Below, piece after piece: positions 8,532 to 18,320 of a stretch of DNA of 64,000 nucleotides. The translations under genes and the position numbers were made by a program. Origin of the DNA: a virus (lineage: Duplodnaviria > Caudoviricetes); the IMG/VR virus record IMGVR_UViG_3300027887_000011, positions 7,557 through 71,556 of that record; one strand, written 5' to 3'. The notes under the pieces are model-generated. The model saw only the letters and a program-made list of their open reading frames with translations. It had not been told where the DNA came from and did no database searches. Position 1 is the stretch's first letter, and each line of letters begins with the position of its first letter.

Positions 8532-9942
8532 AGACATACTGGAAAAGTTAGCGGCATTACCCAAAGGATTTAAACGTCCAATGATCTTTGAGGTAGAGAA
8601 TTTTGGTACATTAAAGGGACTTGGTGGATTTCATGTTCCTCATAAAGATTGGGCACCACACATAGAAGCTTTTAAGAAAGAATTAAAGCTACCAGCGGAT
8701 AAACTTGAAAAAGCCAAAATTGAAGGTCGAGGATTAATAGTTACTAAAAAACATTCTACAGGAGATGTAGATCGCTTTGTTCTTCGTCATGAACTGTCGC
8801 ACGGTATTCGTTCCGCAAAAGGAAAGGCTAGTTCGAAATACTACAAGTTTCTTCCTTTTAATATAATCGAAGAAAGTGCTGCAAGCATGCGAGCACTTCG
8901 ACACATGATTCCCCCATCTGTCGTAAGAGCACCCATAGCTGTAGTGGCTGGTACCGCTCAAGCAATAACTCAAAGACCTTATCAAGCAGCTGCTTTTGGT
9001 TTAGGTGCTTTAGCCTTGGCGAATCAATATGACAAACATCACGAGAAGACTTCAGCAATTTCACCATTAGTAAAAGTACTTGTCCCCGTAGGAGCTGCCG
9101 CATTAGCTGGCTGGTACACACAGAATCCGGAAGCTAAGGCAGGACTTCGATATGGAAAATATGTAGCGAAACATAAATTCAATGTTGTAAAACCTATGAG
9201 GACTATGGGTCTTGGTTGGGGACAAACTCTTGGGCACGATTTGTCCAAATTAAAACCTTCTGAATTTGCTCCTTATAGAGATTGGTTCGAAGGTCCGGCG
9301 GGAATAAAAGGAACAAGAGATCCAGAAACATATAAGACGTGGAGAGCGGCTGTTCAGAAGCATTATCATTCGCCTGGAAATTTACACCATTATAGAGCTT
9401 TAGGGTTGGATCAAACAACAGTCCCTCTCAAGTATAAAATGGAAGCTGTGGCCGATTGGTATTCCGTATCACGGTCTCGCGGTTTAACTAATGAATCCTT
9501 CCCCGAATGGTATGGAAGATTAAAAGAGAAGTTACCCATTGCTCCCGAAACTAAGAAGGAAATTAATACACATCTTGGTTTAAACAAGGAGGCTTTGGCA
9601 CATGAGTTGACCATGGCAATACAAGCCATTCAAAATCATCCCAAAGTAATATCTACCATACAGAGGATAAAAAATGTTCCACAACTACAGAAAGCGGTGG
9701 CGAAAGCCAAAGAATTTGATGAGGTTGGAAAAACCTTCCATCCCTATCTTAGAAGAGCGGCCATTGGTGCTCAAGTCGCGGGTAACGCGGCGTACCTGGC
9801 ACCATTCCCTCATAATGTTATTCCCTATGGTACGATCGCGGGCGGGGCTTATTTGGGTACTGCGGGTTATTCAAAGACATACATGACAAACCCGAAGTTT
9901 AAAGCGCTCGCAGATACTATAATAGCAGGATTACCAAAATAA
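8515..9942 (+). CDS. multidomain putative cargo protein: HExxH module plus DUF5662/HD-like module
   Basis: MTPKAKDILEKLA leader; LRHELSH...IEE; GHDLSK..SEF..Y...KHY..NLHH...EAVADW; hydrophobic Gly/Ala segments. Confidence 0.6.
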   Translation: MTPKAKDILEKLAALPKGFKRPMIFEVENFGTLKGLGGFHVPHKDWAPHIEAFKKELKLPADKLEKAKIEGRGLIVTKKHSTGDVDRFVLRHELSHGIRSAKGKASSKYYKFLPFNIIEESAASMRALRHMIPPSVVRAPIAVVAGTAQAITQRPYQAAAFGLGALALANQYDKHHEKTSAISPLVKVLVPVGAAALAGWYTQNPEAKAGLRYGKYVAKHKFNVVKPMRTMGLGWGQTLGHDLSKLKPSEFAPYRDWFEGPAGIKGTRDPETYKTWRAAVQKHYHSPGNLHHYRALGLDQTTVPLKYKMEAVADWYSVSRSRGLTNESFPEWYGRLKEKLPIAPETKKEINTHLGLNKEALAHELTMAIQAIQNHPKVISTIQRIKNVPQLQKAVAKAKEFDEVGKTFHPYLRRAAIGAQVAGNAAYLAPFPHNVIPYGTIAGGAYLGTAGYSKTYMTNPKFKALADTIIAGLPK

Positions 9943-10091
9943 TGGCTAGAAAAGCACAAGATTCATACGCTCCAAAACCACATAGAAAGAAAACACGTCA
10001 AGGATGTGGTCTTGGTACAAAGTTTGGTACCAAGCGCGGAACCATGAAAAAATATCGTGGTCAAGGCGGACGTAAAAGCACAAAACATTAA
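9942..10091 (+). CDS. small highly basic protein (49 aa, KKTRQG...KKYRGQG type)
   Basis: Manual translation MARKAQDSYAPKPHRKKTRQGCGLGTKFGTKRGTMKKYRGQGGRKSTKH; TAATG overlap with the upstream gene; below the ORF-track cutoff. Confidence 0.7.
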   Translation: MARKAQDSYAPKPHRKKTRQGCGLGTKFGTKRGTMKKYRGQGGRKSTKH

Positions 10092-10092
10092 C

Positions 10093-11679
10093 ATGGCAAC
10101 AACACTTTCATTTCAAATGTCGGACTTTATCGAAGGGTTCTTTTATTTGAATAGTCAACCTTTTTCTTTGGATGACTATCCACATATGAGAATCATTTAT
10201 AATATTGATCCTCCTGAGATCGTATTATGCACGTCACGTCAGGTTGCTAAATCTACAACACTTGCTAATCTTGCGCTGGGTAAGATGGTCATTATGCCAC
10301 AGACGCGCCCGGAGTTCTCAGGCGGTTTCCGAACTTTATATATCGCACCCACAGTTGAACAGGTCAAGGTTTTTTCTCATGATAGAATTACTCCCGTCAT
10401 TGATCAGACGCCTCTCATCAAAAGACATTTCCTCAATTCGAGTCAGATTCAAAACGTTTTTCATAAACGGTTTATTAATGGCTCATCAATGTATTTTCGT
10501 TATGCAGCAGCCTCAGCCGATAAGGCTCGTGGTCTATCAGTTGATATGCTCTTCGCTGACGAAATACAAGACATTCCGGATGACAACATCACCGTCATTC
10601 AGCAGGCAATGGCTCGTTCGCTCTATAAACGTACGCTTTACGCAGGTACGCCAAAAAGAACTATTGGCACGTTGGCAAAGCGATGGGACATTTCTACACG
10701 CAACGAGTGGTTCGTCTTTTGCGACCATTGTCAAAAATGGAATTATCTTGATGAAGGAAACATTCAACCGTGGGGATTAGGTTGTCGTTTCTGTCATAAG
10801 TCTATCGATGCTCGTAATGGACAATGGGTACGAACAAATCCGAAGTCGCATATATCGGAAAAGAATGGGCAATATATTTTCGAAGGTTTCAGAGTATCAG
10901 TTCTAATGTTTGCTCATTCTCCGTGGGTAGATTGGCAGAAGGATGTTTATATTCCTTTCCATACGAAACCCCGGGGTATTTTCTTAAACGAATATCTTGG
11001 TCTTTCATATGATGCTGGAGTCCAACCTATTACAGAAGCTGATATACGTGCATGCTGTACGGGCGGACCTATGAGAACCGAACCGGATGGATATACACAG
11101 TCATATCCAAAGTTTTTTGGTATTGACTGGGGCCCGATTAACTCGGAAAATTCAAAGACTGTTTTAAGCGTCTTACAACGTAGAGGAACCACAACAGAAA
11201 TCCTCTACATGAAAAAATATGAAGGAAAAGAATCAGATTATGCATTTATCCACCGTGACGTTCCCCGTGAGTTTGCTCGTTGGGGCGCAATCCTCATTGG
11301 TGCCGATGCTGGCTTTGGAGAAGCTGTCAATAGTGAAATCCGAAGAAGAATCGCAAACCCTACGCGGCTTATTGCGCTTCTTCACCAAGGTAATCAGAAA
11401 CAAATGATGTCTTGGAATCTAAAGATCAATGCCTATACTTTAAGTCGAAATCGGGCTATGACCTGGCTATTCCAGAAGATAAAAAACAGACAAATCATCT
11501 TCCCTCAATGGGAAGACTTTGAACCCTTTGCCCGTGATATTCTCAATATAATGGTCGATTATGATGAGGAAAAGGGTAAGTATAAATACATCAATACTAA
11601 TGCGGATGACGCATTTCATTCGATTCTGTACGGAGATTTAATCGGGGAATTGTATACGCGTACAACTGCCCCAGAATAA
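10093..11679 (+). CDS. terL: terminase large subunit
   Basis: TSRQVAKST Walker A-like, LFADEIQD Walker B, AGTPK coupling motif, CDHC/CRFC Zn finger, RNase H-like GIDWG and ADDAFHS. Start moved to ATG 10093, after the small basic ORF. Confidence 0.9.
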   Translation: MATTLSFQMSDFIEGFFYLNSQPFSLDDYPHMRIIYNIDPPEIVLCTSRQVAKSTTLANLALGKMVIMPQTRPEFSGGFRTLYIAPTVEQVKVFSHDRITPVIDQTPLIKRHFLNSSQIQNVFHKRFINGSSMYFRYAAASADKARGLSVDMLFADEIQDIPDDNITVIQQAMARSLYKRTLYAGTPKRTIGTLAKRWDISTRNEWFVFCDHCQKWNYLDEGNIQPWGLGCRFCHKSIDARNGQWVRTNPKSHISEKNGQYIFEGFRVSVLMFAHSPWVDWQKDVYIPFHTKPRGIFLNEYLGLSYDAGVQPITEADIRACCTGGPMRTEPDGYTQSYPKFFGIDWGPINSENSKTVLSVLQRRGTTTEILYMKKYEGKESDYAFIHRDVPREFARWGAILIGADAGFGEAVNSEIRRRIANPTRLIALLHQGNQKQMMSWNLKINAYTLSRNRAMTWLFQKIKNRQIIFPQWEDFEPFARDILNIMVDYDEEKGKYKYINTNADDAFHSILYGDLIGELYTRTTAPE

Positions 11680-11687
11680 GAATAGTA

Positions 11688-11716
11688 TTGACTATATATG
11701 GATTTTTAACTATAAT
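11688..11716 (+). promoter_or_regulatory. sigma70-like promoter
   Basis: TTGACT-N17-TATAAT; GGAG upstream of ATG 11738. Confidence 0.75.
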
Positions 11717-11737
11717 AAATTAAAACGGAGTATAACC

Positions 11738-12691
11738 ATGTTCACAACCGCGGAAATCGATAGTTATGTAAATGAAGCAGCCCATGGATATCTCAAAGAG
11801 GCAAAGCCCCTCAATGAGACTATTACAAAAATCGCATCAGAACACGGACTGAATCGCGATCAAATTGCACGAGTTGTTGAGGGCGCCAACACCGAAGTTT
11901 ATGTACAGCTTATGAATCAAACCAATGATAAATATATTCAATTTGAGAATGCCTCAATTGAAAAAATTGGTGAGGCTGTTTTCGGAACTGAAAAGAAAGC
12001 TGAATATTCAGTAGAAGATTATGAAGAGGAACCAACCTCTGAAATCTCCGATCCAAACTTTGAGAAGTTAGCCTCCGTGGAAGAAACAACTCCAAGTGAA
12101 ACAGAGATGGTAAAGGAAGCATACAAGCTGGCTGCGCTTGATGATCGTTTAACCGACTCTATGTATGAAGTGGATGTTCGTTTCCAGAAAAATTCTTCTA
12201 TTCTTCATGATTTAATCAAACAGGCATATTTGGGCGGAACGTCTTTTGGAGACATCGAAAAGGCTATTACTACAATTTATGATTCTCCTGTTGTTGAAAA
12301 AATTCTAACCGAATCTCGAGAAAAACTAGCACATGAACTTTATCCAAAAGCGTTAGATACTGTGGTAAAGACTGCAGGCACTGTAAATCCAAATAACGAG
12401 ATTATTAAGCAGGCTGGCTTATTAGTGAAAGATACACAAGAATTTTTAACGCTAAGAGAAAAGAAAGCCGAAGCTATTGAAAGCATGTCGAAACTAGAAG
12501 GTTCTGCAGCAATCATTGTCCGTGAACATTTGAAAGAAGCTGCACCTTTAAGCACAACAAAGAAAGTTCTACTTGGTGTGGGTTTAGGAGTTGCAGGAAC
12601 CGCCGGAGTACATTCGCAGATGCAAAAAGTTAAAGCACGTGATGCTGCAATGCCTATGTCTCAGGTATCCAATCGTTATACTATGAAATAA
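11738..12691 (+). CDS. putative head (core/cargo) protein
   Basis: First gene of the head operon; about ten K-x-A sites; C-terminal VLLGVGLGVAGTAGV segment. Confidence 0.55.
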   Translation: MFTTAEIDSYVNEAAHGYLKEAKPLNETITKIASEHGLNRDQIARVVEGANTEVYVQLMNQTNDKYIQFENASIEKIGEAVFGTEKKAEYSVEDYEEEPTSEISDPNFEKLASVEETTPSETEMVKEAYKLAALDDRLTDSMYEVDVRFQKNSSILHDLIKQAYLGGTSFGDIEKAITTIYDSPVVEKILTESREKLAHELYPKALDTVVKTAGTVNPNNEIIKQAGLLVKDTQEFLTLREKKAEAIESMSKLEGSAAIIVREHLKEAAPLSTTKKVLLGVGLGVAGTAGVHSQMQKVKARDAAMPMSQVSNRYTMK

Positions 12692-12700
12692 GGAAATGAT

Positions 12701-13342
12701 ATGATCAAAGTCGCAGACTTTATTGAACAGCACAAACAAGGAAAGGTTTCCGGAGCTACTCTTATAAAGATGGCAGCGTTTCGAGCAGAATTAGAGAAGA
12801 CTGCAATAGGAACAAATTTTCTGGATAGTCTAAAAGGAATCGCTCGAACACCCGTAGGACAGAATATAAAGAATATGGCTATCATCGGAGGATCGATGGG
12901 TATCGGGTCACTCATATTCGAAGCAGTTCGGGCTGCGGAAAAATCCTGGACAAGTTATAAACTCGAAGCTACAAAGCAACCTCGATTTGATGCTATGCTT
13001 GATTTACACCCAGAATTAAAAGAGAAAGAAGATCTAGCTGCACGTTATTTTGACGCGCTCTGGCATTTCTCTCCAACACTAGCACAAGAACCAATGTCTG
13101 CAGGAGCCTATATCAAACAAGCACTTCAAATGCATCATGTGGCTCAAGGACCTCTTCCTGAGATGGTAGGACGTATCACCGAAGTACAAAAGAACATTAG
13201 AGCAGCTTCACCACAAGCTGAATACTCTACGCCTATGGGTGCTGCATTCTTATCCTTACGTCCACAAGCTGGTGGGGCATATAAAGGCGTTAGTGGTCGT
13301 GAATCAAAAGGCGATCCCAATCAAATGAGTTTAGGATTATAA
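12701..13342 (+). CDS. putative head protein
   Basis: AFRAELEKTA motif followed by hydrophobic MAIIGGSMGIGSLIF. Confidence 0.55.
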   Translation: MIKVADFIEQHKQGKVSGATLIKMAAFRAELEKTAIGTNFLDSLKGIARTPVGQNIKNMAIIGGSMGIGSLIFEAVRAAEKSWTSYKLEATKQPRFDAMLDLHPELKEKEDLAARYFDALWHFSPTLAQEPMSAGAYIKQALQMHHVAQGPLPEMVGRITEVQKNIRAASPQAEYSTPMGAAFLSLRPQAGGAYKGVSGRESKGDPNQMSLGL

Positions 13343-13343
13343 C

Positions 13344-15086
13344 ATGATAAAATTTACAACATTCTCTCCAAAGGATAATAACGGACAACCGCTTATTACA
13401 TTTCTTAATGGAGATATTCTTGAGAAAACGGCTGGTTACAAGAAAGATGTCGAAGATTTTATTGGACACCTAGAAAAGAAAGCCGATCATACCTATATTC
13501 TTGTTAATGCTATGACGTCGGGTGATTACTACGGTCCAAACCTTAACGGGGATTATTTCCCAGATGATCAACTTGTAAGATTTCATAAGACGTTCGAAAA
13601 GCATGCTTATGCATATCGCCATCATCGAAATAAGAATCCCCAAGAGAGTGCTGGTAAAGTAATATATGCTTCACATAATCCAGACATGCATCGTGTTGAA
13701 TTAGTGGTAGAATTAGATAATTCCAAAGCAGAAGATATCATTGAACGTATGAAGACAGGCGAGTTTCCAGCTGTATCTATGGGTACCCGCACACCATCTG
13801 ATAAATGTTCAATTTGTGGTAATCGTGCAAAGAATACAGGCGAATACTGCGATCATCTGCGCTACGAAATGAGAAGAATATTGCCTGACGGCCGTAGAGT
13901 AATGGCTGTCAACGATGATCGTTTAACTTTCTTTGATATTTCATTTGTAAGAATACCTGCCGACAGGACTGCAGGAGTTATTGCAAAAGTTGCATCGGTT
14001 CAAGATCCTCCAGCAGTACCTTCAGCTCTAATTGGAGAAGAATGGTTGAAACGAAGCGGTCTAAAAGAATCAGCGCTTACAAAGGAAGTCCCTGGAACAG
14101 TGGAGGGATTTTCGGCTGATCCTAATAATCTTATTCTTGATTCTCAGAAAAAGATTCCAACCCCTATCTTAGACAAGATTGCAGAAGAACACTCTTTAAC
14201 AGATATACTATCGACCTTCCTTGGTTTACGAATTATGCCTCGCCAGGAAGAGTTTCAAAGATTAGTCCTTATTAACATGGATCGTCGTCCATTTGCAGAT
14301 CAGATTTTAGAAAAAGGCGCGATCATTATGGATATGGATGAGCAGCCACAGATCCCAATTGATGTAACCATTGATGGATTTAATCATGAAATTGCTGCTC
14401 GGTTAATGGATTATATTCCTGAATTATCATTGACTAAACCTCTTATTATAAAACGTGTTCTTGTAAAACGCGCAGATCTAGAGGTGGCAAAAGAAGGTAT
14501 TATCGGAAAGATGATTCAAAAGCTTCCGGAACATACTGTGGGTGAACCAAAGGGTCCCCGTCCTTCTTTATATTCTCCAGAGAAAAGTCCTATGCTTCCA
14601 TTAGCAGGATTAGGTGGATTGTATCTGGGATATGCCAAGCTGATGAATGCAACAAAAGCAGATCTATCGCAACTATCAAAATTTGATCAATTACTAATGA
14701 AAAACCAATGGCTAATTCCTCTCTTCGTGGGAGCAGCAGCGCTTGGTACAACTACGATTCAAAAGAAAATGTTTTCAGAAAAGAGTGCGGAGGTAAAAGT
14801 TCCATGGTCTGCACGCCTTCTCGTTGGAATCCCCGCGTCATATATTTATGCCGGTTCCGTTGAGAATAAATTGCGTCAAGGACGACCAATAACAAAGCTC
14901 GAAGATATTGCTCGGAAACACCCCTTTATGACAGGTTTAACGGGCGTTGGAGCTGGAAGTTGGGTATTGTCAAAAGCTAAACAAGACTTAAAAAAATTGG
15001 GCTCTCTAGACCGAGTGGTCTATGGACTGGGCCCGGAAAAGTTCGAAGAACTATATAACGATGTCATAGGCGTAACAAACCCTTGA
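13344..15086 (+). CDS. prohead maturation protease with long C-terminal extension
   Basis: GPNLNGDYFP, HHRNK (His), AVSMGT (Ser), CSICG..YCDHL, FFDISFV..PAD pattern of large-phage prohead proteases; position upstream of scaffold and MCP. Confidence 0.75.
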   Translation: MIKFTTFSPKDNNGQPLITFLNGDILEKTAGYKKDVEDFIGHLEKKADHTYILVNAMTSGDYYGPNLNGDYFPDDQLVRFHKTFEKHAYAYRHHRNKNPQESAGKVIYASHNPDMHRVELVVELDNSKAEDIIERMKTGEFPAVSMGTRTPSDKCSICGNRAKNTGEYCDHLRYEMRRILPDGRRVMAVNDDRLTFFDISFVRIPADRTAGVIAKVASVQDPPAVPSALIGEEWLKRSGLKESALTKEVPGTVEGFSADPNNLILDSQKKIPTPILDKIAEEHSLTDILSTFLGLRIMPRQEEFQRLVLINMDRRPFADQILEKGAIIMDMDEQPQIPIDVTIDGFNHEIAARLMDYIPELSLTKPLIIKRVLVKRADLEVAKEGIIGKMIQKLPEHTVGEPKGPRPSLYSPEKSPMLPLAGLGGLYLGYAKLMNATKADLSQLSKFDQLLMKNQWLIPLFVGAAALGTTTIQKKMFSEKSAEVKVPWSARLLVGIPASYIYAGSVENKLRQGRPITKLEDIARKHPFMTGLTGVGAGSWVLSKAKQDLKKLGSLDRVVYGLGPEKFEELYNDVIGVTNP

Positions 15087-15111
15087 CATTAAGGTAATTT
15101 TTATGTATAAT
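15083..15111 (+). promoter_or_regulatory. consensus sigma70 promoter with extended -10
   Basis: TTGACA-N17(ends TG)-TATAAT; AAGGAG upstream of ATG 15149. Confidence 0.8.
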
Positions 15112-15148
15112 GTTAATACCCAACCTAATTAAAGGAGATCATTTTAAC

Positions 15149-15652
15149 ATGGGAAATACACTTCAAGAAATTATTGCAGAACTAGAGAAAGTTGCAGCAC
15201 CAGCTGAAACTCCTGCTTCCGCAGAACCTGTAGCAGCTCCGGTCGAAACCCCAAGCGACGAAAATACCGAGCTTCGCAAGTTAGCAGAAGAATATGATGC
15301 GGCAGGTCGTATTATGGCCCGCGCTTTCGCAGATGAACTGGAGAAGATTGCTGTTGGTGTGACAGGCGTTACTCCAAATACTGCAGCAGAAGGCGACAAT
15401 CCAGCAGTCCAAGTATCGAATTCAGATGTAAATCTTGGTGAAGTTGCAAAGGTTGTTGGCGTTATTAAAGAACAAACGTTAGGTGCAGAAGCAAAGATGA
15501 CAGCCGCAGGACAGGTCCAGGCCGATCCTAAGGTTACAGCACCAACAGCTCCGACGGAAAATCCGCCAGTAGCAGCAGATGTAAAGCAAGCTTCGTCAAA
15601 CGAAGAGGTTGTTACTCGTCTTTGGAACCACTACTTCGGCGAAAATAAATAA
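15149..15652 (+). CDS. scaffold-like head protein
   Basis: Acidic and Ala/Pro-rich; ELEKVA, AFADELEKIA, VKQAS; start moved to SD-preceded ATG 15149. Confidence 0.55.
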   Translation: MGNTLQEIIAELEKVAAPAETPASAEPVAAPVETPSDENTELRKLAEEYDAAGRIMARAFADELEKIAVGVTGVTPNTAAEGDNPAVQVSNSDVNLGEVAKVVGVIKEQTLGAEAKMTAAGQVQADPKVTAPTAPTENPPVAADVKQASSNEEVVTRLWNHYFGENK

Positions 15653-15668
15653 GGGGAGGATACCACCA

Positions 15669-16130
15669 ATGGCACGCCTACTCGAAGTTTATGATGAAAT
15701 GCTGAAGGAAGCGGAACTTTCAAAGATGGCTGAAGAAGTTCAGTTCATGTTTGCGAAGTATGCTGAAACAGCCGAGTCACTTCTAAAAGAAGAATACGGC
15801 ACAGAATTCGACGTTAATGACGTGGAAAGTCTTGCACGCGGTTTAATGGAACGAGACAGTGAGATTCTTGAGGAAACTCAGAAGGTCGCTGAATATGAAG
15901 AAATCGGACGTCAGATTGCTAGAGAGTTCGCAGAAGAAGTAAAGAAAGAAGCAGCACTCGGCAAGATAATTCCTAAAGATCAAAAGTTTCTTCGCAATGT
16001 AGCAGCTGGTGTAACGAAGGCAGTGAGAAAGACCACAGGGCTTATTAGAGAATATCCTAAAGCCGCAGTAGGTGCTGGTATCGGTGCTGGAGTTGCAGCA
16101 GGTCACATGCTCTCAGGAGGAGATAACTAA
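15669..16130 (+). CDS. scaffold-like head protein
   Basis: Acidic helical; LKEA, SKMA, FAEEVKKEA; C-terminal AVGAGIGAGVAAG; start moved to ATG 15669 (GGGAGG upstream). Confidence 0.55.
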   Translation: MARLLEVYDEMLKEAELSKMAEEVQFMFAKYAETAESLLKEEYGTEFDVNDVESLARGLMERDSEILEETQKVAEYEEIGRQIAREFAEEVKKEAALGKIIPKDQKFLRNVAAGVTKAVRKTTGLIREYPKAAVGAGIGAGVAAGHMLSGGDN

Positions 16131-16384
16131 TGTCAGATACGGCTAAAGCAGTAATCGAGGAATATGTTAAGACGGCGGAAGCTGTTTTGGCTAAGGAGTT
16201 TGGCAGTAATGTTACTCCTGAAATGCTCGAGAAGTTTGCTATGATTCTTATCGAGAGTGATCGACAGAATGCTCTTGAGAAAGAGGCCGAGTCTGTTATT
16301 TATCGATCCTTCGCAGATGAACTCAAAAACCAAGGCATAGACCCTCTACCGGTTCTTAAGGGTTTAGCTGAAGTTGCTGAGTAA
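16130..16384 (+). CDS. small acidic head protein
   Basis: VKTAE, EKEAE, SFADELK motifs shared with neighbours. Confidence 0.55.
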   Translation: MSDTAKAVIEEYVKTAEAVLAKEFGSNVTPEMLEKFAMILIESDRQNALEKEAESVIYRSFADELKNQGIDPLPVLKGLAEVAE

Positions 16385-16410
16385 CACTAGGTCTCTGTGA
16401 AAGGTGAATC

Positions 16411-16611
16411 ATGAAACTTGATGATATTTTAAATGCGCCTCTGAAGCCGGAATCCGAACCGGAACCGGTTGAAAAGAAAGAGGCGATAGACGAAGAAGTG
16501 GAGAAGCTAGCGGAGTATCTCGAAGCTTTTGCTGAAGAGGATACTCTGCTAGATGATCTTGCAAGAGCTGCAATAGTTGCAGATATGCTGGAGAAGCGTT
16601 ATGGACACTAA
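16411..16611 (+). CDS. small acidic head protein
   Basis: 66 aa; VEKLAE; AAGGTGA upstream. Confidence 0.55.
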   Translation: MKLDDILNAPLKPESEPEPVEKKEAIDEEVEKLAEYLEAFAEEDTLLDDLARAAIVADMLEKRYGH

Positions 16612-16933
16612 AAAAGAGATGTTGAAACAAGCTGCTGCAGTTCTTAGAACTCAACAAGTCGAACTTCGTGAGATGAGAGAAAAACTTGCTCGTGAGGAAT
16701 TGGCGGAAAGAGTTGTCCAGAGGCTTGTAGAGAATGACGTTCTTCTAGCAGAAGATGTTTTAAAAAAACTCAGTGAACTGAGGGACAGGCCTCTAGAAGA
16801 TTTAGAGGTTATGGAGAAAGCAGCAGAACTCTATCATGGAAATTTCTTTTCTGGGTTTGGAAAGTTAAGCGATATCCCTGATGGAAGAGGTTATGATTCT
16901 TTAACCTCATATTTACTAAGTGAAGGAGAATAA
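16601..16933 (+). CDS. scaffold-like coiled-coil protein
   Basis: MLKQAAAVL, EKLARE, EKAAEL; start moved to ATG 16601. Confidence 0.55.
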   Translation: MDTKKEMLKQAAAVLRTQQVELREMREKLAREELAERVVQRLVENDVLLAEDVLKKLSELRDRPLEDLEVMEKAAELYHGNFFSGFGKLSDIPDGRGYDSLTSYLLSEGE

Positions 16934-16939
16934 ACTTAA

Positions 16940-17374
16940 ATGTTTACAGTATTAACTGATCTGAGCCTCATTACGCGCAGAGATCTCGCAATCGATCCAA
17001 GTTCAGGTATTCTAGTTTCTGGTCTCCAGGGGCTATGGGTAACATGGAACGGGACCGGTGCAGCGTATCCTGCAGCCGCAACGAAGTTCGCATGGCCAGT
17101 TTTCAATGAGTCAAAACGTGACCAAACGACAGGTCAATGGGCACCCGATGTCCTGAAGACCACGAAGGTTACAGTACTCGCTGGCAAATATTGGGCACGT
17201 ACGACAGTGTTCACCGGATCACCGACTGTGGGACAATATCTCGAAGTCAACGCTGCAGGCCAGTTGGCCGCAGGTTCCGCATCTTCAACGAACGTCGCGC
17301 TGTGCATGGTAGCTCCAAGAAGCATCGATTATCTTGGAACTACAGTTAGTGCAATGGATATCTACGTTATCTAA
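16940..17374 (+). CDS. putative head decoration/cement protein
   Basis: 144-aa beta-rich protein immediately upstream of the MCP. Confidence 0.55.
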   Translation: MFTVLTDLSLITRRDLAIDPSSGILVSGLQGLWVTWNGTGAAYPAAATKFAWPVFNESKRDQTTGQWAPDVLKTTKVTVLAGKYWARTTVFTGSPTVGQYLEVNAAGQLAAGSASSTNVALCMVAPRSIDYLGTTVSAMDIYVI

Positions 17375-17384
17375 GGAGCTCACA

Positions 17385-18296
17385 ATGGAAAATCTAAATC
17401 CAAGAACAGTCAACGAGCTCTTTGTCCAGAAACTGGATACCGAGCACGAAAAAGTAGCAGCTGAAACAGCAGCTTTTATACGTACGAAGCTTCGTGAAGT
17501 TTCGTTCGCACGTAAAATTGTCAACCCGCAATATGTAACAAAGGCAGACCTACAGCGGTCAGTCAATCACGACCAGCTCGTGAAGATTATCGACATCGAA
17601 CCAGATTCGTCAGCAATGATGATCAACCTTCGCGGTAATCCAGATGTTCGTTACGTTGAGGGCAAGCGCTCAGAAATGCAGTTCTTCAATATTTCGTCAG
17701 AAGAGTTCCAGAAGACGGAAGAAGAATTACTAGCATACGAAATGCCGATTACTGAAGTCATTGAACGCAACTCGATCAAAGACATTCAGAAAATCGAAGA
17801 CACAGCCTGGATGACAGGTGTTAACGCAGCTATCGCAGTGTCCGGTAAATCAACCACATACGCGCCGACAACGGCAGGTACGATTGAAATCGGTGCATTC
17901 GTGAAGCTGTTCAACACCCTCGAGGGCTCAAGCACAGGCGTCAACCCACTGAAGACAGACCTAGTTCTTATGAACCTGGCCGACTTCAATAAGTTCCTTG
18001 CTCTACCTGCAACCACAATCGGTTCGGGCGTAGCCGGCGAACAGTACATCAATGGGTATAAGTACGACACCCTGCTTGGAAAGAAACTCGTTGTAACGAA
18101 TAAGGGCGACCTGGTTCCTGAAAAGACGATTTATGCCTTTACATCACAGGAATTCCTTGGTAAATTCTTCATTCTTAACGACACGAAGTTCTGGGTCGAG
18201 AAGAAGCGGAATCTTATTAAGTGGTCGGCTTACGAGACTATCTCACAGGGTATTCTCAATAACCTTTCCTGCGCGAAGATCACACTCACGCAATAA
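17385..18296 (+). CDS. major capsid protein (HK97-type)
   Basis: Last gene of the head operon, with TAAGGAG SD and a downstream terminator; ~303 aa; IQKIED helix and C-terminal TLLGKKLVVT/AYETI strands consistent with the HK97 fold; codons enriched in C-ending forms. Confidence 0.75.
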   Translation: MENLNPRTVNELFVQKLDTEHEKVAAETAAFIRTKLREVSFARKIVNPQYVTKADLQRSVNHDQLVKIIDIEPDSSAMMINLRGNPDVRYVEGKRSEMQFFNISSEEFQKTEEELLAYEMPITEVIERNSIKDIQKIEDTAWMTGVNAAIAVSGKSTTYAPTTAGTIEIGAFVKLFNTLEGSSTGVNPLKTDLVLMNLADFNKFLALPATTIGSGVAGEQYINGYKYDTLLGKKLVVTNKGDLVPEKTIYAFTSQEFLGKFFILNDTKFWVEKKRNLIKWSAYETISQGILNNLSCAKITLTQ

Positions 18297-18320
18297 TCGA
18301 TAAGACTCACCTCTTTATCG

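Noticed and set aside
10057-10092. Terminase start at 10057
   Set aside because: It lies inside the 49-aa basic ORF; ATG 10093 follows that ORF's stop.
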